A DNA stretch of 64,000 bases, from contig NC_058368.1 in the NCBI RefSeq assembly GCF_018350175.1, forward strand, positions 113,710,001-113,774,000. The letters are read 5' to 3'. The notes under the pieces were generated by a model. The model did no database searches and was not told the origin of the DNA. It was given only the letters and a program-made list of their open reading frames with translations. Below, piece by piece: positions 53,301 through 64,000 of the stretch. A program made the position numbers and the translations under genes. The number at the start of each line of letters is the position of its first letter. The first letter of the stretch is position 1. The stretch comes from Felis catus (Eukaryota).

Positions 53301-53574
53301 TCGCTCGGGCGCGGCGACCACGGGCGGAGGAGCCCGAGCGCTCGAGCCGAGGCCTCTGGCGACCCCTGGCGGCCGCGCGCTGCCGTGCCGCCCGCCCGCC
53401 AGCCCCGCCGCCCCTGGCCCGGCAGCCAGCCTGGGAAGTGCTTATCCACCGCTCAGCGCGGGGCCGAAATAAGCTTTCAGGCTCAAGCCGGTGAAAGCTA
53501 CTGAGGGCACTGAGGACACATGGCCAAGAAAGCAACGTAGAGGCATTCTCAAAAGGAGGGTCGCCGGGCCACCT

Positions 53575-53690
53575 AGGTCAGAATCACCTTGGTCTGGGGA
53601 GGAAAGGGCTTCTTAAAAATGCGGATTCCTGGCCGGTGCTCCAGACTTGCTGAATCAGCGTTCCTTGAGAGGGCCTCTGGGAGGTGAGTG
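53575..53690. mobile_element. MER5-like fragment adjacent to the promoter
   Basis: TCAGAATCACCT...TTAAAAATGCGGATTCCTGG...CCAGACTTGCTGAATCAG. Confidence 0.6.
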
Positions 53691-54189
53691 AATTTCGGCA
53701 CTGCCCGTTCTCCTTCCTGGTCCTGTGCCCACCGGTGTCTCTGCACGCCCATGCCCCATACCATGCCCACTGCTGTCAAGCCCTTAAAACAGTCTGTCTG
53801 CCTCCATTTCTAAAATTTCTACATCCCTGGATCCCCACATTAGACCTAAGCATATCCTTTGGTGTTCTGCAGCCGAAGCCCAGGTCTGCTTCTGTTCCCA
53901 CTGCTTGAGAGCTGGCCCCCGCACCAGCCTGTTGGGTTTTCCCCCAGGGCAGGAAGGAGAGGAGGAAAACTAAACCAGACTTCAGGAACAGGACACAGAC
54001 CTGGAAGGCCGGCCTTAACCTGCCCCCAGCCCCCCAATCTCGTTTCCAAATCCTCAGCGGCGTCTGGTCAAAAAGGGCTGGAAAGTTAGTAATGCAGTCC
54101 TCTGTCTGCATACAGGTGACACTCACCTGCTGCCTTTCTCTTGTACAACCACACCCCACTCCCCAGACACCTGAGCGCTCTTTGAAAAC

Positions 54190-54745
54190 AAGTCTGATAC
54201 ACTCACCCCTCTTCCTTCAACACACACACTTAAAACCCTTCATGGCACTCTCCTGATGAAAACCAAACAATGGGTGAAGCCTCCTGACTCTGCACATCTG
54301 TCCCCTGACCACCGATCTGGCCACCTCTGGTGCCACGCCTTCCTCCTCTCCTGAGTTCTTGGACAAGTTGGTCTTGGTACAGACCTCAGTGGGGATAGGA
54401 TTCCAGCACTGGGTGCTCATTTCTGCCTGGGCCATTGTCCACACCCACCCCCGACTTGGGCCTTATTAATTCACCCCTGCAGCTTATACATCCTGACCTC
54501 TTCAGAGTAACTCTTGCTAAGCCTGTGGACCAAGCCAAGACCCTAGAGAGGCTCTCGTTGAGAACACAACAACTCCAGCTTAAGCTTACTGCACTTGGAA
54601 TCCCTTATTCCAAGCGAGGCAGCTATGTGAGGACGGAGGCCATGTTTGGCTTGTTCATCTCTGCTCCCACTGCCTAGAGCCACGCTCCTGACACATAGTG
54701 TGAGCTCAGAAAACATTTGATGAATGAATGAATGAATGAATGAAT
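54190..54745 (+). mobile_element. LINE-2 3' fragment
   Basis: CTTAAAACCCTTCATGGC...TGCCTAGAG...CCTGACACATAG...(TGAA)n end. Confidence 0.75.
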
Positions 54746-55059
54746 GGCATCCAGCCAGGGACTGGAACCACACTCAGCCAACATTTCTCAACCGCTGTGA
54801 TGCGGTCACCGCAGATAATTTACTTGTGTAGTTTGATGTGTAGAAGTTGGATTATGATTGTTCCTAAAAAGTAGCAGATGCTTATCCCAACATTATTCTG
54901 GCTGATTTACATTCCTAGAAGCATTCTTGAAAGGGAGAGAAAGGAGTGGAGTCACAGCTATATATTGGGGACTGTGTGTCATCCACAGTTGATTTTATCA
55001 TGGAAATACTTCCAGTGTTTCAGGATCATGTCCTGGATGTATCAGAGTGGGAGAGAGGT

Positions 55060-56450
55060 TTACAAATGATGGAGAGACCATTTCTTACTTCCATACAAAC
55101 CCAACCAAGCAGCCACTTCCCCATTTCTCTGCCCAATTTGACAGCAAAACTTCTCCAAAGAGTTGTCCCCAAATGTCATTTCTGCCTCCTCAGCTCCAGT
55201 TCTTTCTTCCACCCACTCTATGTGCTTTTCATCCTCACTGACTAAGTGAAGTGACTTGTCACCATCAGCAACCTCCTCCAAGTCGTCAAAATGAGTGGGA
55301 GACCTCAGTCCTACTGTTCTTGGCCTCTGAGAGGTTCCTTTAGGCTTTCGTGGCACCATGCCTGCTGACTTTCCTGCTCCCCACCGGTCATTCCCACCAG
55401 TCATTTTCAGGGCTCAGTCCTGGGCCCTCTGCTCTGTCTAGATCCTTTCCTGGGGTGTTCCTATCCAGTCCTGTGCTGATATTCTGCATTTGCATTTCTA
55501 GCCCAGAAGTGTCTGATGACTTCCAGCTGTACGTCCAACACCCTACTTGACATCTCCTCCACATGCCCCGTCGGTATGACAGACTTTTCCAGGTCAAAAC
55601 AGGAGTCTAGATTTCCCTCTGTGAACCCGTGCTCTGACTGATCCCTACCACAATAAATGTATCCCTGTGCACATGGCTGCCAGGGTCGGAAACCTAGGAG
55701 GCATCTTCAGTCCCTCCATTCCCCTCGCCCCTCACCTCCTGTCTTTCAGCAACCTTACCACTTCCACTGCCCGGCACCCTGCCCAGTCCACCTCCACTGG
55801 CACCATGGGTCCACACAGCCACTACTTCTCACCTGGAAGGCGGCAGTGGCTTCTTGGGTGGTTGCCTTGATTCTTTCCTTTCCCCTCCAATCCATTATCC
55901 ATTCAGGATAATCACTTTCAAACAGAAATCACTCCCTTGAAAAGAACCGTTCAATGGCTCACCATGACACTAAAACAAAAATCCAAACTCCTTCCCATGA
56001 CTGATAAAACCCTGTACCATCTGGCCCCCTCTTCCTCCCTCTCATTCCCTGGATTCTAGCCACACTTGTTGTCATGGTTTTGCACACGTGCCAAGCATGT
56101 TCTCACCTCAGGTACTTGGCACTGGCCAGGTCCTTCACTTGGAATGCACGCTTCCCACGTTTCCCAGGTCAGCTCTTTCTTAGCTGTCAGATCTCAGCTC
56201 CGTGTCACCCCCTCTAAAACAGGGCCTTCCCAGCCCAGCCACGTCACTGCTCTCTATCCTTGTACCTGGTTGTCCCGTAAGAGTATGTAGTTCCTTTGTC
56301 TCTCTCTTTCCCAGTCCAAATATTAATTCCAGAAGGACATGCATAGCTTCCTTTTACTCCTGTATCCCCAGGCTTATCTCGGAGCCTGACACTCAATGGG
56401 CACTCCGTAAATATTTATCCAGTGACTGAATGAATGAATGAATGAATGCA
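55060..56450 (+). mobile_element. LINE-2 3' fragment (about 1.4 kb)
   Basis: Pyrimidine-rich L2 motifs (CAGGGCTCAGTCCTGGGCCCTC, CCTACTTGACATCTCC, CACCTCAGG) and a (TGAA)n terminus. Confidence 0.78.
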
Positions 56451-57239
56451 TGAAGCAAATTCCAAAACACTTAATGCATTTCTAAGTTTGAAAACTCTGT
56501 CTAGAGATGTTTCCTTTGGTAGCCCTTAAATCCCTTGTTCTGCAGATCCAAGCTCTGCTTTTCCAGCAGGGCCTGTCCCCAGTTTAATCGGAGGGCATCT
56601 GCTCTTGGCCAGTCTCCAACTTCACAACTAGAACCTTCCCTGTAACCACCCACCGGGGTGGGAAGGGCAGCCAGAGCACCATGGGCAGGTGTGGGGGTGC
56701 TGGATCTGGCCTGAGCCGAGAAAGGACGTAACCTTGGAACAGGGGCAAGGAGGCTGGAAGCTGGAGGCCTGCCACCAGTGCAGCCAGCACTTGAGGGCAG
56801 AAATGTCAGATTTATTCGGCTGCGGGAAGTACCCGGGACCAAAATCAATACTGGGCCTTGGGGCTGTATTTCTGCTTTTCATTGGCTTGCGCACAACTAT
56901 AATAACTCCTTGTTTTAACATAGTTCTTATTTCCAAAGTGCCCCACATGTTTTATTTTCAGTTTAATGAATCCTCAGACACATGCTACTGGGTAGTCTGA
57001 AGCAGACATAACTATCACCATTTTATGCTGAGGATAGGGGAGCAGAGAAAGGCTAGATGAATTGCTGAAGGTCGCAGAAAGAGAGGAAGTTGCATCTGGT
57101 AGTAGGAAGTTTGAAGTGTAGCCCCCACTCCGTGAGGCTATGCTGGCTATGATGAGAACCACCCATTGGGCTCCATGGGATGAAAGAGGCACCTGCCATA
57201 CTCACCCTGTCATCAACCCAGATTTATTTTTAGCTGCAG

Positions 57240-58285
57240 ACTCCTACCTACCTCCTATATGGCATCCCCATTTGGCCGTTTCACTGTCACTTTGAACTCC
57301 ATGTGTCCAAAACTGAATGCCTGAGCCATGTCTCCTAACTAACCCTGCTCCCAGCCCATGTCCCCACCTCAGGAAAACCACCACCCCAAATGCCAGTCTC
57401 ATTCCAACCTCCTCCACAGCCCCCACTTTCAGTGATATACCAACCCATCAAGTCTTCCTCTGCAGAATTTCCAGTTAGACCCACTGTACCCACTACTACA
57501 CCTCTAGAGTCCAGTCCCCACCCACCCTGCATCCAAACTGTATGGAGCCCCTTCCAAGGGTGTCTTTCTCTCTACTAGAGATGTGTGATTCACTCTCCAT
57601 ACAGGCACCAAAGTCATCCTGTATCTGTACAAATATGACCTCTTCTCTCTCCTTACTGACCTATCCGTGCTCCCAGGATGACAATCAGGCGCCCAACCAT
57701 GACTCCCTATCCACCCAGCTGAGCTTGGATTCTGCCAGCCCCCTTCAGTCCTACACAACCCTCTCCTCCTCCCCCTCTGATCACCTATCTCCTGCCCCCT
57801 CCACTTCAGAGCTAATCTGGGGAGGGCTCCCTATAGCCTAGATGCTCTCCTCCCTCCCTGCCCTTCTCCTGGCCAGTCCCTGCTCACCATTCAGACTGCA
57901 GCTTCATGCCAAGTCCTCAGAAAAGGCTCTCCTGACCCCAGCATCCTCCCTGCACCCATCATAGCTGTACAATGTCAATCTCCCACCAGACATTCAAAGC
58001 ACAGGGGTCTGGGCATGCCTGTCTCATTTGCTATTAAACCCACAGTGCTTAAAAAAGCATCTGGTGGCACCTGGGTGGCTCAGTCGGCCTCCAACTCTTG
58101 ATTTTGGCTGAGGTCATGATCTCACGCGTTCATGAGTTCAAGCCCTGCATCAGGCTCTGCACTGACAATGTGGAAACTGCTTGGGATTCTCTTTCTCTCC
58201 CTCCCCACCTCCTCTAAATAAACTTTAAAAACAAGCATCTGGTACCTAGTAGGTACACAATAAATACTGAGTGAATGAGTAAATG
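57240..58285 (+). mobile_element. LINE-2 fragment, with a SINE inserted
   Basis: CATGTGTCCAAAACTGAA...TAGGTACACAATAAATACTGAGTGAATGA. Confidence 0.6.
58066..58232 (+). mobile_element. CAN-SINE inserted in an L2
   Basis: TSD AAGCATCTGGT at 58055-58065 and 58233-58243. Confidence 0.92.
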
Positions 58286-60052
58286 CTTGTGACTCAATGT
58301 ATTTATTTCCTTCCCTTCTCAAAATCAAAGTGGCTCCCAGGTTTTTGTCAATACCTTAACCCTAAAACAGTCCATGGATGGAAGGTGGGAACAATGAGGG
58401 ATGAGATGACCACTCTATTCCCAGGCTGTTCTGGTGGTTTGAAGGTGAATCTATCCCGGCCCCAAGAAGAGGAAAAATGAAATAGGTGCATTCTTGGCAC
58501 CACTGAAAAGAGCTCACCCAGCAGGACCTGTAACTTGTACGAAGATGTCGATTTCACCTATTGATTATATGTATTCAGCAGAGCCAGGCTCACTCCATCT
58601 CTCTGCAACCCCCATGGCCATTTCCACCGCATACACAGACCTTCTTGCTTTCTCCCCACCACCCCCTGTCATGCAGAGCCATGGGGTATGGGCAATCCAG
58701 CTTGGGAGAAATTGATTTTAAGCAAATGAATACCTCACAAATAAATGAAAACAACCATCAAGAAAGCTTAGTAGCCAAGCAGCTACCCAAGGACAAAGCA
58801 GAGGAGGCCAAAGTCCTGACCACAGAGAAGAAAACCAGGAGAGTGACAATACTAGGAACATTTGCTGATATGCATTGGACATGTCACAGATCCTGCAGTC
58901 CTGTGTGCTATATAATATAATGTTCACAACAACCCCCTAAGAAATAGGCACCAAGATAAGCCCCATTGCACATATGGAGACAATGAGTCCCAGGGTCATG
59001 TTACCACTCATCCAGGATCCCTCAGTGAGTAAATGGTAGAGCCAGGATCTGATCCAGGTACTATCTGATGTCAAAGGTCCCCCACAACCCACCACAGCAC
59101 TCAACCCCACGGCTGCCATCTCCCTCCCTGCCCTCTGTGTTTCCCTCACCTCCCACACTAAAGCTCACACTGGTAAAAAGTCATCTTTTGATGTAAATGG
59201 ACTGTTCCTGATTCATTTATACACAATATCGGTTGTTCTCATGAAGTTTAGCGCCTATTCCCGTGAAATGTATCTAGTCATCAAGATATTAAAATGGGAA
59301 ATCATGCCAATTATTTAAGATTGTGACTGTCTGTGTTTCAAAACGCACTGACAACTATGACTCCTTGAACACAGGACCAAAGAATTGAACATGAGTTGGG
59401 AGCCATGCTGAGGACGTAACCTCGTCAGCTTAGAGTGTAAAATAGTATTTGGGTGCTAGGGACCACATGTTTGGTCCTCATCCAGGAACACTAAGGCCCT
59501 CTCTATGTCAAATAGTGATGGCTGCTTACAGGACACCTGGTCAAACAAAGTGATGTGCTGTCTTGACCCACCTCCTTGGTCCTGTGGGGAAAAAAATCTA
59601 ACAAGGTGCCCAAGGACTGTGGGAGAGAGACTTCCAGGGACTGATGTATCTGTGGAAAGTCACTGGGGATGGGAGGGCAACCTCTGAATCTTCATTTCAA
59701 CATCCACCAATCATTGTGCCACACTAGATGATGCCGGGGACACAACAGGTGAATGGGACAAAAACAGTCCCCATCTTCATGGAGCTTATTCTAATAGGAA
59801 AGACCTCTGTCCTGGTTTGCAGCACTGGAGAGAAGCTTGCTTGGCCCAGCTGGAAAGAATTCATCTCTGTTTGATTCCTCCATGTTCATGCAGGTCTCCA
59901 AAAATCTCTGACATCCTTCTGCCTGGAACATTCTCCCAATTCTTCAGTAGCTAACACAGTCCCTGGAGTTTGTGAGACACTGTCAGCTGTCAGATGCAAC
60001 CCATTTCGGAGAAGTTAAAAAAGCATGCATCTTAAATTCATAAGACAGTGTA

Positions 60053-61443
60053 TGGCACAAGAACAGACACTCAGATCAATGGAATAGAATGGAGAACCCA
60101 GAAATGGACCCACAAATGTATGGGCAACTAATCTTTGACAAAGCAGGAAAGAATAGCCAATGGAATAAAGACAGTCTCTTCAGCAAGTGGTGCTGGGAAA
60201 ACTGGACAGTGACATGCAGAAGAATGAACCTGGACCACTTTCTTACACCATACACAAAAATAAACTCAAAGTGGATGAAAGACCTCAACGTAAGACAGGA
60301 AGCCATCAAAATCCTCAAGGAGAAAGCAGGCAAAAACCTCTTTGATCTTGCCTGCAGCAATTGCTTACTCAACACGTCTCCGGAGGCAAGGGAAACAAAA
60401 GCAAAAATGAACTACTGGGACCTCATCAAAATAAAAAGCTTCTGCACAGTGAAGGAAACAATCACCACAACTAAAAGGCAACCGACAGAATGGGAGAAGA
60501 TATTTGCAAATGACATTTCAGATAAAGGGTTAGTATCCAAAATCTATAAAGAACTTCTCAAACTCAACACCCAAAAAACAAATAATCCAGTGAAGAAATG
60601 GGCAAAAGATATGAATAGACACTTCTCCAAAGAAGACATCCAGATGGCCAACTGACACATGAATAAATGCTCAACATCACTCATCATCAGGGAAATACAA
60701 ATCAAAACCACAATGAGATACCATTGTGATTACACCTGTCGGAATGGCTAACATTAACAATTCAGGCAACAAACAGATGTTGGTGAGGATACGGAGAAAG
60801 AGGATCTCTTTTGCATTGTTGGTGGGAATGCAAACTGGTGCAGCCACTCTGGAAAACAGTATGGAGGTTCCTCAAAAAAACTAAAAACAGAACTACCCTG
60901 TGACCCAGCAATTGCACTACTAGGCATTTATCCAAGGGATACACGTGTGCTGTTTCGAAGGGGCACATGCACCCCCATGTTTATAGCAGCACTACCAGCA
61001 ATAGCCAAAGTATGGAAAGAGCCCAAATGTCCATCGATGGATGAATGGATAAAGAAGATGTGGTATATATATATACAATGGAGTATTACTCAGCAATCAA
61101 AAAGAGTGAAATCTTGCTATTTGCAACTACATGGATGGAACTGGAGGGTATTATGCTAAGTGAAATTAGTCAGAGAAAGACAAAAATCATATGACTTCAC
61201 TCATATGAGGACTTTAAGAGACAAAACAGATGAACATAAGGGAAGGGAAACAAAAACAATATAAAAACAGGGAGGGGGACAAATCAAAAGAGACTCATAA
61301 ATATGGAGAACAAACTGAGGGTTGCTGCAGGGGTTGTAGGAAGGGGGATGGCCTAAATGGGTAAGGGGCATTAAGGAATCTACTCCTGAAATCATTGCTT
61401 CACTGTATACTAATTTGGATGTAAATTTTAAAAAATAAAAAAT
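60053..61443 (+). mobile_element. 5'-truncated felid-type L1 of about 1.4 kb; its tail is interrupted by a SINE and its TSD closes at about 61717
   Basis: Contains an open ORF2 fragment of 188 aa at 60089-60655 ([21 protein letters not shown]...). TSD is AAATTCATA(A)AGACAGTGTA at 60034-60052 and about 61698-61717. Confidence 0.95.
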
Positions 61444-61444
61444 T

Positions 61445-61672
61445 GGGGCACCTGGGTGGCTCAGTCGGTTAAGCGTCTGACTTCGGCTCAGGTCATCATC
61501 TCACGGTCCGTGAGTTCGAGCCCCGCGTCGGGCTCTGTGCTGACAGCTCAGAGCCTGGAGCCTGTTTCAGATTCTGTGTCTCCCTCTCTCTGACCCTCCC
61601 CTGTTCATGCTCTGTCTCTCCCTGTCTCAAAAATAAATAAAACGTTAAAAAAAATAAAATAAAATAAAAAAT
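61445..61672 (+). mobile_element. Young felid SINE inserted in an L1 poly-A tail
   Basis: GGGGCACCTGGGTGGCTCAGTCGGTTAAGCG head with many CpGs retained and an (AAAAT)n tail. Confidence 0.95.
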
Positions 61673-62437
61673 AAAAAATAAAGTTAAATTTAAAAAAAAA
61701 TTCATAAAGACAGTGTAGTGCCTACTTCATGGGGTTATCAAGAGGATTAAACAAGTTTCTATTGGTAATGTACTTAGCACAGTGTCTTACACATAATAAA
61801 TGTTATCTAAGTGCTTGTTTGTCAAAAGTTCCTCACTCAACACTATAAACTGAATACCACAGTCCTCCCACTTCATGGTTCAAGGACACCAAGGTCTGGA
61901 GAGGTTAAATGACTTGCTCAGGATTATAAGGGATCTGATCCCAGGCTTTGTGGCTTCTAAATCCATTTCTACACTGTGAGGCATAGCACCTCACTCCATT
62001 GCCCATACACTATGCTCTGAGATGGGAAATATGGAGCTACCTCATCTCTGTCAACCAAACAGCAAGCCTTTAGAGTCTTGAAGACAATTTTCTTTTCCCC
62101 TCCCAGAAAAGCCATCTAAGCTCCTTTTTGTCTCATTAACTTTGTGTTCATTTAAAGACAAGAAAAGCACCCCTGTGTTGGCATCGGCCTCTACACGCAG
62201 ACAAAAGATTCACAATAGGCTGGCAGGAGCCTCCTTCCCTCTCTGGGTCATCACCAGAATTCTGCCATTAGAATTGTTTTAGTTTGGGGATCATGCAAGT
62301 TCACAGCTTAGGGAGATGGAGGTCAGGGTGTGCCATGTCAAAAGAGAGCTTGGCTGTACCTCCAGCAAGCCACACTGCTGAAAGAGGCCCCAACTCAGCA
62401 AGGATCTAGAGACTGAGCACAAAAATGGAGTTCCTCA

Positions 62438-62651
62438 GGCACCTGGGTGGCTCAGCCGGTTAAGCATCTGACGTCGGCTCAGGTCATGATCTCGCGATTT
62501 GTGGGTTCGAGCCCCGCGCCCAGCTCTGTGCTGACAGCTCGGAGCCTGGAGCCTGCTTTGGATTCTGTGTCTCATTCTCTCTCTGCCCCTCCCCGACTTG
62601 TGCTCTGTCTGTCTCTATCAAAAATAAATAAACATAAAAAAAAGTTTTAAA
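62438..62651 (+). mobile_element. Felid SINE
   Basis: Perfect 17-bp TSD AAAAATGGAGTTCCTCA at 62421-62437 and 62652-62668. Confidence 0.96.
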
Positions 62652-63074
62652 AAAAATGGAGTTCCTCATGGAGGAAGCTCTCCAAGAAGCTTTCAAGCCA
62701 ACATGGAGATGAGACAGCAAATCTGAAGCTGGAGAAGTCACACAGAGCCAAGTGGGTCTTAGAAACACAGTAAAAAAACCAGACTCGTCTCCTGAGCCCC
62801 CAGAGGAGCCTGAACTAACTTGAAAGGATTTCTAAGACCATTGAGCAACTAGCTTGAACTAAAACCAAACTTCCTATAAATGTTTCCTACACAAATTCCC
62901 CAAATGGAATACAGAAGGATCGGCAAAGTCCTACACACTAAACTGAACCAGCATAAGCCCCCGGGAATAGACAATGCTAGGAAAGCATCACCTCAAGGCA
63001 ACACAGTTCCAGAAGGCATTAATGGATCAGTGAGAAGACAAAACCTCCATCACTGTGCTAACCACACAGAGCCG

Positions 63075-63290
63075 TAAGGCTCTAGCAAACCTTGGTTCAA
63101 ACACCAGCTCAGCCTCCTTCTAACTGTGGACTCTCAGACTAGTTGATTAATCCCTCTGGACCCATTTGTTTGCCTGTAAAATGAAGAAAATAATGGTGTG
63201 CCTTCTTTATAGGGCTGTGAGGAGGATTAAGAGGGATGTAAAACTTGCCTAGTGTCTACACATGGGAAACCCTATAAATATGATACGGCA
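63075..63290 (+). mobile_element. MIR SINE
   Basis: GGTTCAAAC...CTGTAAAATGAAGA...AGGGCTGTGAGGAGGATTAA. Confidence 0.7.
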
Positions 63291-64000
63291 GTGTCACTGC
63301 TGTTCCTATAAGATGCTTTACAACTTACCGTGTGATTTCTTATTAAAGTCTCACATATGAGGCTTAGACGAGCAGGTGAGTTCACCCCTTTATAGACTGA
63401 GGAACACAGACCCCAAGTAGAGATTTTAAATCACTTACACACTTCTCTCCACTAGATTTTTCTAAAGTTAAAATGTTGGGAAGAATTTGCCTGGCTACAC
63501 ACATATTCACATATAATTTGCAGATGCCTACAACTTTGAAAGACATCCTCAGGTAATTTGCAACTTAAATTTGTATCATTTCACTGAAGGCATGAAGTAA
63601 ACAGGGAGTTATCAAGCCAAGGAGAACTGTAGGGGGGAAACAGCAGGGGTCCCCAGAAGCTGTCCTAAGATCTTTGGTGGGAGAACACCAAATTTACAAA
63701 GTTAGCATGTACCCAACAAAGGCATATTATGCAGGTCATTAAAATGATGGCCATAAAACCCATGAAACAATATGGAAAAATATAGGGTAAAAAAAAAAAA
63801 TCAAATTGTAGAAATGGATGGCCAGAAGGATTTCAGCAGGAAGGAAGGAGGGAAAAAAAAGTAAACTAGCAGTGGCTATGTTAAGGCAGAACTGTGGGCA
63901 ATGTTCTTTTCCTTCTTCCAAAGATATCTCAGTGTGGAAGTGTAACATAAACAGTATATCCTATATTAGGATCATATACCCTAGAGTTAGAGAGACCTGG

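Larger units (their letters stand above)
52270..53500. promoter_or_regulatory. SPOCK1: CpG island and TATA-less promoter of SPOCK1
   Basis: Abrupt rise in GC and CpG density relative to the rest of the window, with many GC-box-like GGCGG/CCGCC motifs. It spans exon 1, intron 1 and the first coding exon. Confidence 0.9.

Noticed and set aside
50605..53535. Long ORFs (250, 189, 232 and 210 aa) around the CpG island as independent genes
   Set aside because: They overlap on both strands, are low-complexity, mostly start at non-ATG codons and show no recognisable domains. This is expected in GC-rich, stop-poor DNA.
60089..60655. 188-aa ORF as a functional gene
   Set aside because: It is an internal piece of L1 ORF2 in a 5'-truncated copy, ending at a premature stop.

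Overview
This is mammalian genomic DNA, almost certainly from a cat or other felid, judging by its felid-type CAN-SINEs and L1 3' ends. The only host gene I can support is SPOCK1 (testican-1) on the minus strand. It has a CpG-island promoter at about 52.3-53.5 kb, a probable non-coding exon 1 ending at a donor at 53135, and a 186-nt first coding exon at 52487-52302 that starts exactly at the ATG. From 52301 to the window start is a very large intron; upstream of about 53.5 kb is 5' flank. The rest is interspersed repeat: two near-full-length decayed L1s, several 5'-truncated L1s, many CAN-SINEs (some nested, with readable target-site duplications, TSDs), MaLR LTRs, MER20/MER5 DNA transposons, MIR and L2. 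Nearly all ORFs in the supplied track are spurious or L1/SINE remnants. I found no evidence of a new multi-gene system. The most interesting observations are a Kozak context assembled by splicing and a stop-free leader in frame with SPOCK1. Others are a very young SINE nested in an older SINE tail, an L1 5' junction with long target microhomology, and a 3x43-bp tandem repeat ending in G18. Repeat family names and many repeat boundaries were assigned by eye and are approximate.
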